Source: Chloropicon primus
Lineage: Eukaryota
Assembly (NCBI GenBank): GCA_023205875.1
Contig: CP060764.1
Coordinates: forward strand, 682,001 to 730,620
Direction of reading: 5' to 3'
DNA length: 48,620 bases
Numbering within the stretch: position 1 is the stretch's first letter; each line of letters begins with the position of its first letter. Below the pieces are notes generated by a model that saw nothing but the letters and a program-made list of their open reading frames with translations, searched no databases and had not been told where the DNA came from. Shown here in pieces: positions 10,701 through 19,010 of this stretch. The translations under genes were made by a program, and so were the position numbers.

Positions 10701-12440
10701 GACGCGGACAACTTACATTCCAACTTGACCCAACCTGCTCCCCGAGAACTGAGGAGAACGAAGTCAAAGAGAAAGTCCCTTGTCGAGACTATCTTCCAAA
10801 ACGAGAGCGTAGAGAAGAAGCCTAAGGACATGAGGAAGACAAAGTCGATGTATAACAAGCGCAAGAGTGATGCGAGGAGGAAGTCCTTCATTGAGAAGCT
10901 TTATCCAGAGATGGACTTGTCGCTGGAAAGTATCAACGCGTATCAGCCCAAGAAAAAGACGCAGCTGAAGGTCGAGGCGATGGACTTGACCGGGAAGATG
11001 CCTAGAGGTGCTGCCAGAAGAAATAGGAAAGGCAGCATTGTGCACGACATGTGGAAGAAGAATGCGAACAGGCAGGCTCCTAAGGAGACGGACAAGGTGC
11101 AGATCAACAAGCTCACCCTGAACTTCGAAGGCAAAAACGCAGCGGACATCGAATCCCTGTATCAGCACAGGAAACTGTACGAGTTGAAGAACAACCAAAG
11201 TTCCGCAATTCTTGGAATCAGCGCAGTGCTCATTTTGAAGTTGATGATGGAACTCCAGTTTTCCAAGATGGACAAGACAGCGGACAAGGAGTACCTGCTG
11301 GCAAGTCTGTTGACGAAGGTTTTCTACTTCTACATGGTATCCATGATCTACAAGCACAACGAGTTGAAGATCTTCAGGGAAATTCGCATGACGAAGAACG
11401 GGCTTCTGGTTGTATCGCTTGTCTTGGTCGCGGCCTTGATGCTCTTCATTCCTTCCTTTATGGGAGGGAGCCACCCCGTGCTGGTCGATGCGATCATTTG
11501 CATCTTTCTGATCCACTATTCGTTCCACGCGTGCATCTTTCTGACTTGGGGAATCAGTTCAATCATTTTGATTCTGGTTACCCCAGCCCTGGTGGTGATG
11601 CTCGCCTCCTCTGGTTCATCTGTCAGGTTTAAAAGCGTGGATTGCACCACGGCGGCGGTGATGATATTCTGCCACACTGCCATGCTGCTCTATTCCATCC
11701 ACAGCGAGGAATTTTTGCGAAAGAAGCAGTACACGATGAGAAGGGACCTCCTCGCTCAGAACAAGGTGTTTGAGCTCCTGATTTATAACCTGGTGCCTCC
11801 GCAGATTGTGTACAAGCTGAGGCGCGGCCAAACGTACCTGGTCACCCAGCACCCAGATGCTTCTGTTCTGTTCGCGGATATCAAGGGGTTCACTCCGTTG
11901 ACGGCGTCTGTGCCGGCCATTGTCCTCGTGGGTTTCCTCAACACGCTTTTCTCAGCGTTGGATGACCTTTGCATCAAGGAAAAGGTGTACAAGGTGAACA
12001 CGATTGGGGACTGTTATGTCGTCGCCGCTGGGGTCCCAACGCGCATTCCTTACCACGCTGAAGCGACCATGGAGTTTGCTAGGAAGATGTTGTGCACCAT
12101 CGTCGTGGTTCGCCAGGACGTGTCGCAGTTCAGGCCCGAGTTCAAGGACATCTCGATGAGAATTGGTATTCATTCTGGCCCAGTGACCTCAGGGGTAGTG
12201 GGCAAGAAGAGCATCAGGTACGAGATCTGGGGCAAGACTGTGGAGAAGGCCAATAAGATGGAGTCGCTGGGCCTGCCCATGAGAATTCACTGCAGTCAAG
12301 ACACGCAGACTTTCCTGAGGTACTCTTACAACTTCGAGTACCGGGCCAAGTTGGGCACCTACCTCCTGATCGACTCGGAGGAGGCCCAGAACCAGGGAAT
12401 CAAAAAGTCAAGGAGGACGCTAGAAATGCTGCTCACGTAA
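7743..12440 (+). CDS. Class III membrane nucleotide cyclase (probably guanylyl) with an N-terminal cNMP-binding domain, two TM blocks and two cyclase domains
   Basis: cNMP domain (EGDEADEFYIV..G, FGELALL..PRNAT); cyclase 1 (VYKIETV, IKIGVNSG, FGDTVNIASRM, VKGKGKMQTF); cyclase 2 (LFADIKGFT, VNTIGDCYV, MRIGIHSG); a hydrophobic helical block before each cyclase domain. Confidence 0.9.
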   Translation: MARKSKKKAKAGAMVVVEEDAVLEEGAGPIQEEAGNEEAERGQAEAEQSTSNEPQSSVRDGDEETQAEAEADTTEDGNGGAGGGGEPMSPNKLTIKVRVDTPSPVSASGSASSPTKEEARRAVFENLGHSQTTAHSSFSSYVSNDGSSVPANLLNDVYTPRAPVKLVSPGLMDRPSTALSEAERNEKRENIKLLEQIPLLKNLHKWEKSKIAEHLQFRDYEEGEVIVLEGDEADEFYIVKDGVVDISVDAGGGESKVLSTITRRGWFGELALLKDQPRNATARARTKVQCLVLVKDDFIRLIGTLEEVLNRGNVVARHKKATERWHRAFNIISKTLMLLRRIRKEQARKLDWKTLTFGSQNLEKAYQVFNQKESSYIGRSAAIFGFGIMFIFFIHDIVNPACNWARNTYWVATYVLALPFFIVLCVLPELLTIKKNKMNVITLATTLLWVCMMLPWIVDTDIFAERGSLFFLSRLTTLISFGFQFAPLGIVRNTTSVLVIIGLSEVLLLHPKMRDYVYTVDGVEYKSDSTLSLVNIQAAILLSFLSNYSDHRRKERDHRKAFILAYDIHEEWKSSESFLHSMLPNKAITALKRGQKLFAEWIENGTIIFVQICDFNRFVENMPPRKLINLLNDVFLQFDSLVEKHHVYKIETVNEYYMAGSGILKNDKYHAVNSSACAVAMLKVCQVLSEKLDGEAVTIKIGVNSGSLIAGVIGLKQINYRVFGDTVNIASRMCSNSKPGRIMVTKRTATYLKKSKHYKFDLEDLGEMQVKGKGKMQTFYLNEATELNPMSPTLSVKSGTSNFDDSERKSFDLERTSGNSSDVTYENMLEISETSSFKSFSRKILNRVTKSTRRLSRLSFSEGLRPTFSPHEGKRKSLIKAQIDGSQMSHGLDYKPEPSEASFAGSLDSSLYATSEAPSTPRTPMSVASTFLSDTEPAPGPDTFPGGMGPNTPAPALDPANAASQRRNSDDSVDTDVGEDEGRITLDADNLHSNLTQPAPRELRRTKSKRKSLVETIFQNESVEKKPKDMRKTKSMYNKRKSDARRKSFIEKLYPEMDLSLESINAYQPKKKTQLKVEAMDLTGKMPRGAARRNRKGSIVHDMWKKNANRQAPKETDKVQINKLTLNFEGKNAADIESLYQHRKLYELKNNQSSAILGISAVLILKLMMELQFSKMDKTADKEYLLASLLTKVFYFYMVSMIYKHNELKIFREIRMTKNGLLVVSLVLVAALMLFIPSFMGGSHPVLVDAIICIFLIHYSFHACIFLTWGISSIILILVTPALVVMLASSGSSVRFKSVDCTTAAVMIFCHTAMLLYSIHSEEFLRKKQYTMRRDLLAQNKVFELLIYNLVPPQIVYKLRRGQTYLVTQHPDASVLFADIKGFTPLTASVPAIVLVGFLNTLFSALDDLCIKEKVYKVNTIGDCYVVAAGVPTRIPYHAEATMEFARKMLCTIVVVRQDVSQFRPEFKDISMRIGIHSGPVTSGVVGKKSIRYEIWGKTVEKANKMESLGLPMRIHCSQDTQTFLRYSYNFEYRAKLGTYLLIDSEEAQNQGIKKSRRTLEMLLT

Positions 12441-12454
12441 AGAGGCCACGTCAT

Positions 12455-12459
12455 TGTAA
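12455..12459 (+). terminator. TGTAA chlorophyte-type polyadenylation signal (representative example)
   Basis: TGTAA lies just after the cyclase stop. It also occurs after panC (16550), CNX2 (30231) and TBC (41650), and on the minus strand after DNAJC11 (19004-19008) and YIPF6 (2765-2769). Confidence 0.6.
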
Positions 12460-12560
12460 TGTCATCGATGGTATTAGCATGAACTTCTTTATTCACAAAG
12501 TATATTTTTTAGAAAATCCTTTTTGAGTCAAATATTCCCTGACTGAACACCAGCCCGCAA

Positions 12561-14471
12561 TTACTGGTCGTCCCAGTGACCTTGCTGAGGTCGCTTAGGG
12601 CCACCCGCTTGCTTTGCCATGATTATTTGATCCACGCGGAGCACAGTCGTAGCAGCGTCAGCCGCAAACTTGATCGCCCAGTATTTCGTGTAGAAGAGGT
12701 CGGAGATCGACTGCTTGGTCAAGTCCGTAATCTCAGAAGCGACACTGTCCACTCCCATCCTGCCGTTGCCCTGGGCATGCTGAGCCCTCAGCGCCGCCAA
12801 GGTGTCTGTTGTGTTCATGCCCGCGTTCTCTGCAAGAGTCAATGGAATGACCTCCAAGGCTTCTGCAAACTTCTGGATGGCGTACTGCTCGAGGCCAGTC
12901 TGCTTCCTGCCGTACTCAAGAAGCTTCTTCGACAGGGCCATCTCAGTGGCCCCGCCACCAGGCAGAATTCTCGCATCCTTGCACAGAGCCTTGAAGGTGT
13001 TGACACCATCATCGATCGCTCTTTCCATGTCGTCCATGAGGTGGTCCGTCGCACCTCTGAGGATGATCGTCGCAACCTTCCCGACCCTCCTGTCATGCTT
13101 GATGACAGTAACGTTGTTGCCTCCAATCTCCAAGGCCTCGACCTTCTGAGCCATACCCAGCTGCTCCTTGCCAGGGACAATGAACTTTGGAATGGCCTGG
13201 GCGCCCGTGGCTCTGCAGATTCTGCGCAGCTCAAACTTGGAAGGGATCTTGATGGCCATCATCTTGTACCTCTCGATGAAGTGCATGGCCATTTCTCCGA
13301 TGCTCTGGCCGGAAATGATGACCTTGGTCCCCAAGTCAGCAATGCCCTTGATGATCTGCTCCAGCTCCTTCTCCTCGCTCTTGTGGTAGTCCTTGAGCTC
13401 CTGGGCGGACTTGATCAGCACGGTGCCCTTGGTCTCCGTGGAGGAGGTGTCCACACCCTGGGAAAAGACGGCGACGGGGGCGTTCTCCACGCAGCTCACG
13501 GTGCCCTCGCACTTCCTCCTGACCACAATGCCTTGGATGATCTCAGACTGGTCCACAAAGCCGCCCACAAGCTTGCTCACCCTGACGTTGTCCACGTTGA
13601 AGTTCTGCCTGTTGTCAGGGCAGATATCAACGCAGGCCTGAGCGACCAAGGGGGCCAGGTAGTCCTCGTACCCGTTCTGCTTGCTCTTCAGGGCACCCTT
13701 CAGTCTCTCGGCAACGGACCCGACGTCGCTGAAGTCCAGATCCTTGGTGTCCTCGATGCAGAGGTCTTTGAGGAGCTCCAGGGCCTTCTTGGCGGCTTTG
13801 CTGTAACCCTCCGCGACCTCCGTGGGGTGAAGGCCGTCGCGAAGCAAGGCCTCTGCCTTGGACAGCATCTCTCCGGAGATGGACATGACCATGTTCGCCC
13901 CGTCTCCCACCTCCTGCTGCTGGGCCTTCACGGCGTGGACGAGGAGCTTCGCAGCTGGGTGCTGGACCTCCAGCTCCGTCAAGATCGTACCCGCGTCGCT
14001 CGTGATGTACACCTTGTTCAAGTGGTTGACTATGATCTTGTTCAAACCTAAAAAAAAAAAGCAAAGCAAACGGAGAAAAAGAGAAGAGGGAGCACCGGCA
14101 AATTCGTCCGTCAGTCCCTTGTTCCTCGAAGGAAGGAGTCGGGGCAAGAAGATCTTGTTGCCTCAGATCACACCCCCCCGGACGCAGGAGAACGCCCTTG
14201 TTTTCTTCGTTCGTCGCGTTCGTGGCCCCAAGTCGCGTCCCTTTCTCTCTCTCTCTCCCTCTCTCTCTCTCGTCCTCCTCCCCCTCGTTCGCGTTCTTCG
14301 TCCTCGTCGCGTCTTACCCGTGGGTCCCAGCGATGTTCTCGTGCACTTGGAGATGGCCTTGCAGGCCTCTACGGACTTCATGACGGCCTCTTCGACCCCA
14401 CTAAAGTGCTTGTGTCCCTCCTTGAGCATGGCCTGCAAGCCGTACGGCATTCCCATCGTGTTCGAACCCAT
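12561..14471 (-). CDS. CCT8: T-complex protein 1 subunit theta; intron 14048..14317
   Basis: Motifs MLKEGHKHFSG, RTSLGP, TSDAGTILTELEVQHPAAK, TETKGTVLI, SKFELRR and VDQIIMAKQAGGP. A GTAAGA..TAG intron is in frame. Confidence 0.96.
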
Positions 14472-14592
14472 CGTGTCCCTCCTCGTCTCTCTCTTGCTCT
14501 CGTCGTCTCTCTCTCTCTCTCTCTCGTGCGCGCCGATCGATCGCGTTCTGCGTTTCTGTTCTGTTTTGAATCGCGTGGGCGCCCCGCCGACA

Positions 14593-14628
14593 TAAACCCT
14601 AAAACCCTAAACCCTAAAACCTAAAACC
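14593..14628. promoter_or_regulatory. Interstitial telomere-like (telo-box) array in the CCT8/panC divergent promoter
   Basis: Sequence TAAA CCCTAAAA CCCTAAA CCCTAAAA CCTAAAA CC contains three AAACCCTA telo-boxes. Confidence 0.75.
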
Positions 14629-14869
14629 AACACCGGGCGTTTCGGTTTCGAGGCAGAAGGAAGAGGAGAGGGGACTGATCGAACCAACGCGGCGCGCGAT
14701 CGTGATCGATCGGCACCAGAACCAGCACCGCCGTGGGCACGGGAGCGATCACGAGTCACCACCACGATCACTACCACCAGCATCAGCATCAGCATCAGCA
14801 CCGCGGTGGTCGAGGAGGTGGAGGGGGAGGAGGACAGGGGGAGAAACAGAAACGTCTGTGGCTGTCACC

Positions 14870-16501
14870 ATGTTCGTGATACACAGCGAGGAGGATATGA
14901 GGAAGATGTCGAGGGACTGGAGGGCGGGGAAGAGCAAGGTGGGGTTCGTGCCGACGATGGGGTCGCTGCACGAGGGGCACCTCGAGCTGGTCAGGGTGGC
15001 GAAGAAGGAGGTGGACAAGGTGGTCGTGTCGATCTACGTGAACCCGAGCCAGTTCGCGCCCGGCGAGGACTTTGACCAGTACCCGCGGGCGCTGGAGCGC
15101 GACATGGAGAAGCTCAGGGAGTTGGGGGGCGTCAGCGCCCTCTTCCTGCCCAAGGACCTGTACAAGAGCAGGGGGATCGCCGGCAGCGAGGACGAGGACG
15201 AGGACGAGGAGGCGAGCCAGAAGGGGGAGGAGGAGAACCTGAGGAAGAGGAGGAGGGGGGGGGAGACGGCGACGGCGGGGACGAGCAGCCATCAGACCTG
15301 GATCAGCGTAAGCGACCTGGAGAAACCGCTTTGCGGGGTCTCGAGGCCGATATTTTTTCGGGGCGTGGCCACCGTGGTGGCGAAGCTCTTTCACATCGTG
15401 GAGCCCGACGTCGCGGTGTTCGGCCAGAAGGACTTTCAGCAGCTCCGCGTGATCGAGACCATGGTCGAGGAGCTGAACTTCGCCGTCAGGGTCGTGGGCG
15501 TCCCCATAAAGAGGGAAGGGGGCGGTCTGGCTATGAGCAGCAGGAACGAGTTGCTCACCCCCCCGAACAGGGTCAGGGCGAGGTGCATCTATACCAGCCT
15601 TATCAGGGCCAAAGCTTCGGTGGAGCTCACGGGGGTGAAAGACGCCAAGTCACTGCAAGCGTTCATCACGGAAGCGATCGAGAGCAACGGCGGGAGGGTG
15701 GACTACGTGAGCGTTGTGGACGCCAAGACTCTGCGCCCAAGAAAGACGGTTTCGTCCAGCACCAGGTGCCTTCTCGCTGTTGCAGCGTTTTTCAAAAGCA
15801 AACACGAAGGGCAGGAAGTTCGTCTCATCGACAACATGGTGGTGGGGCTCAAGGAGGAGAAGAGCGATGTTGCCCCTGGAGGTGTGGTGGAGAGCACGGA
15901 GGATGCACTCGCGAAGATCGACTGGATCAAGAAGCTCAGCAAGGACGTTGAGAGGCTCAAGGCCGAGCTGAGGATGGTCAAAGAAAAGCAGTTGAGATCC
16001 CCCGAGCATTTGAAGAAAAAGTACTTGTCAGCGCGGAAGAGCCTCCCACCGCCGGAAGTAGAGATTTCTGACGAGGGCTTTGAAACTAATGCCGAGTCTG
16101 ACGCGGAGGTCGGGAGCGAAGGGGAGCCACAATGCAAGACGCTGCCGAGGCGCATCTCTCCGAGAAGAGCCGCTCGAAAGCAGGTCCCCGCTCGAACCGC
16201 CGCTTGGTTTGCGAACACCCAGCGGGGAGGTCGAAACGGACTTTGGCGCCTCGATCCAGATGACCCCAAGCTTTGGCCCCCCAAAGGATCGCACATCAAA
16301 GTCCTTTACGACGACCCTCCCGAGTGGTATGTCGGGGTTATCGTGGACAATCGCCCAAAACCTGGTAAAGGCATGGTCCGAGTCAAGTACAACGTGGACG
16401 ACGAGGTAGAGGACGTCGATCTCCTGGACCCTGGCACGAAGCTCAAGCTCTATGTGGAAAAATTCCGGAGCGAGGACCTCTTCGATTTGCTCTCGTCCTA
16501 G
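14870..16501 (+). CDS. panC: Pantoate--beta-alanine ligase (pantothenate synthetase) with a C-terminal extension ending in a Tudor-like domain
   Basis: Motifs GFVPTMGSLHEGH, VSIYVNPSQF, RPIFFRGVATVVAKLF, FGQKDFQQ, GLAMSSRN and RLIDN, followed by about 215 further in-frame residues. Confidence 0.93.
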   Translation: MFVIHSEEDMRKMSRDWRAGKSKVGFVPTMGSLHEGHLELVRVAKKEVDKVVVSIYVNPSQFAPGEDFDQYPRALERDMEKLRELGGVSALFLPKDLYKSRGIAGSEDEDEDEEASQKGEEENLRKRRRGGETATAGTSSHQTWISVSDLEKPLCGVSRPIFFRGVATVVAKLFHIVEPDVAVFGQKDFQQLRVIETMVEELNFAVRVVGVPIKREGGGLAMSSRNELLTPPNRVRARCIYTSLIRAKASVELTGVKDAKSLQAFITEAIESNGGRVDYVSVVDAKTLRPRKTVSSSTRCLLAVAAFFKSKHEGQEVRLIDNMVVGLKEEKSDVAPGGVVESTEDALAKIDWIKKLSKDVERLKAELRMVKEKQLRSPEHLKKKYLSARKSLPPPEVEISDEGFETNAESDAEVGSEGEPQCKTLPRRISPRRAARKQVPARTAAWFANTQRGGRNGLWRLDPDDPKLWPPKGSHIKVLYDDPPEWYVGVIVDNRPKPGKGMVRVKYNVDDEVEDVDLLDPGTKLKLYVEKFRSEDLFDLLSS

Positions 16502-16722
16502 CCTATCGAACAACAAAGTGTACTAACAAAGTTCTTCGTTAAGGAAGCGTGTAACATGAAAATGAAAAGGTCCCTCCCTCCCTCCCTCCGTTAACCCTCA
16601 GAGCAGTACCTGTCTACCACCCGTCCCCGTGAAGCACAGCACACCCCTCCAAAGACTTCTCCCTTCGCCTCCTCCAACCAACGCCACCACCTCCTCTCGA
16701 TCTGATCCCCCACCGCCCACAC

Positions 16723-17064
16723 TCACTTCTTCGCCTTCCTCTTCGACCTGTCTCTCCGCTTGAGCGCGTCCATGTGCGCTTTGCAGATCGTGTTGCAGGC
16801 CGACAGGAAGTAAAGGTGGTCCTTGGCGGATACAATCGTGCTAATCTTCTTCTTCCCGTGTTTTGCCCTCACCAGGCAGCAGTACGAGTCCTTTCCACTT
16901 TCTCCCTTCTCCTCGTCCTTGTTTTTCTTCTGTTTCCGCGTCTTCGGCTTCAGGTCCGTCCTCTTCATCGTCAGAGACACGGCCTTGCCCGCTTTCCCTT
17001 CCTTGCACTTCTCATAAAGCCCCGCCAGCTCGGTCAGGAACCTATTCACCTCCAACACCGCCAT
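16723..17064 (-). CDS. SRP14: Signal recognition particle 14 kDa protein
   Basis: Motifs FLTEL..LYE, V.LTMKR, CLVRA..GKKKISTIV and AHMDALKRRD. Confidence 0.92.
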   Translation of the reverse strand: MAVLEVNRFLTELAGLYEKCKEGKAGKAVSLTMKRTDLKPKTRKQKKNKDEEKGESGKDSYCCLVRAKHGKKKISTIVSAKDHLYFLSACNTICKAHMDALKRRDRSKRKAKK

Positions 17065-17496
17065 CGCCTCTGCCCCCCTCGAACGTTCCTTTCAAGTGAC
17101 ACACGTTCCCCAAGGCCAAGGCCAAGGTCAAGGCCAAGGTCAAGGTCAAGAGCAAGGTCTCCCTCCCTCCCTCTGTTTGTCCTCCTTTGGTTCGGTTTCG
17201 GTTTCGTCCTCCTCGCGTCGCGCGGACCTAGGTCTTCTCCTCTCTCCCTCTCCTCTCTTCAAGTGCACTCGTCCCCTGGAAAGTCTGGCAGCAGAAGGAA
17301 GATCGTCCAAGAATCGGGCGATCCAGGTCTGGAGGAGACAACACAACGGAGGCAAACGCAGACCAGGCAAGGAGGAAGACAAGCGAAAGGACGCAAGGAT
17401 GAGGCGGCAAACTCGGGTTTGAGGTGGTCCAAACCCCACAACACAACACAACACAACACAACAAGAGACGAAACGAAACGAGGGGCCAGCGATACT

Positions 17497-18951
17497 ATGG
17501 CGAGAGGGAAGGAGGAGCAGGGGACGGCGAGGGGCTTTGGGAGGAGGTACAACCTCGTGTTGTACATGTGTTGCGTGTATATTGTGACGTACCTTGCTTG
17601 GAACTCGCACAATGCGCCGCACGCTCTCATCACGGAGCACCACCAGGTGAACAAGCAGCTCCAGCATTACGTGCAGAGTGGGCTGGGAGATTCCCAAGGT
17701 GCTCATGGAGGGGTAGGGGACTCGGGGAAGGGAAACAAGAAGAAGGGGAAGAACCACAAGGGGAGGGGAGATGTGGCAGGTGACGGGGATGCTACGGCAG
17801 GTTTCGAGGAGGTGATAGGCGCAGAGGACGCTTTCGCGGGGGCTCCAGTGCCTGAGGAGGCTTGGGCTGAGGTAACGGGACCAGGCCCAGGAGACGAGAA
17901 CTTCCAGGACAGCGGAGGTCAGGACTGGGCGGAGGGGGAGGAGGAAGGTGAAGAAGAGAAGGGTGGGGAAGAGAAGTCTTCGCCGAGCGCCTCCAAGGGC
18001 CGCAAGGGGAGGAAACGGAAAACGTTCAAGTACCACCCGACCCACGTTGCAATGTCAAAGACTTCGATCCCCATGAAGGGCAAAGACCTCGTCACCCCTT
18101 GGAAAGATCTGAGGGGCAAGTGCTGCAGAACTTTGGGTGTGGTGACCGACAAGATGATCGATCTTTTGCCGGACAGGGATCTCCTCGACCCGAACGAGAC
18201 CCAATACCGCACGTGCGCCGTGGTCGGCAGCGCGGGCCTCCTGCTCACCCAGGAGTTCGGGGAGGAGATCGACGAGCACGATGCGATCTTCCGCTTCAAC
18301 ATTGCGCCTGCCAAGGGTTTCGAGAAGCACGTGGGCTCCAGGACCACGATTAGGATGATCAATAGGCACCACCTGGGTTTCCGAGAATTCAAGGACGAGA
18401 TCTGCTTATTTCACTGCACGCTGGACGAGGCCATGAGAAAGTTCATGAGGATCGCCCAGAAGCATCCCAACCTGCCAAACGTCCCGATGGACATGTCCTT
18501 TTACAAGAAGGTGGTGGAGTGGAACAAGCTCGAGACCCCTACCAATGGCTACTTTGGGCTCAAGCTCGCGCTTATGCTGTGCGACAAGATCGACATTTAC
18601 GGGTTCCTGCGAACTTGGAAAGGGTACGTCAAGTACCACTACTTCAACGACGAGGAGCCGAACTCGAGGCAGCTCTCGAGAGACACCAAAGGGGAGATGC
18701 CCATCATCCTCGATCTGCTTAGCACTCACGCGGACAAGATTCACTTCAAGCACCCTTGTATCGTGGATCAGGAGTGCAAGGGCTGTCCCCGCGGCTCTCA
18801 TTGCGATGGCAAGACGCCTTACGCGGTGCCAAAGCCAGGGTTTTGCAAAGTGGAGGGCAAGAATTGTTTCCTGGAGTGCAAGAAGCCCACAAAATGCCAC
18901 TCTGCTGCGCCAACGTGCTCGCCACTCATGGAAGGCATCGACGAGTGCTAG
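17497..18951 (+). CDS. Sialyltransferase-like glycosyltransferase (GT29), type II membrane protein with a Cys-rich tail
   Basis: Sialylmotif L (CAVVGSAG...IDEHDAIFRFN.AP..GFEKHVGSRTT), motif S (PTNG......LMLCDKIDIYGF) and motif III (HYFN); N-terminal TM anchor. Confidence 0.9.
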   Translation: MARGKEEQGTARGFGRRYNLVLYMCCVYIVTYLAWNSHNAPHALITEHHQVNKQLQHYVQSGLGDSQGAHGGVGDSGKGNKKKGKNHKGRGDVAGDGDATAGFEEVIGAEDAFAGAPVPEEAWAEVTGPGPGDENFQDSGGQDWAEGEEEGEEEKGGEEKSSPSASKGRKGRKRKTFKYHPTHVAMSKTSIPMKGKDLVTPWKDLRGKCCRTLGVVTDKMIDLLPDRDLLDPNETQYRTCAVVGSAGLLLTQEFGEEIDEHDAIFRFNIAPAKGFEKHVGSRTTIRMINRHHLGFREFKDEICLFHCTLDEAMRKFMRIAQKHPNLPNVPMDMSFYKKVVEWNKLETPTNGYFGLKLALMLCDKIDIYGFLRTWKGYVKYHYFNDEEPNSRQLSRDTKGEMPIILDLLSTHADKIHFKHPCIVDQECKGCPRGSHCDGKTPYAVPKPGFCKVEGKNCFLECKKPTKCHSAAPTCSPLMEGIDEC

Positions 18952-19010
18952 AACCGAACAACAACAAAGGGGTTTCTAGGCTCGGCGGGGGCTAAATAAA
19001 CAATTACAAA

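Noticed and set aside
16715..16730. SRP14 and YIPF6 stops sit within GTGAGT donor-like sequences
   Set aside because: Both proteins look complete and I found no convincing acceptor or extra exon. A 3' intron cannot be excluded without RNA data.
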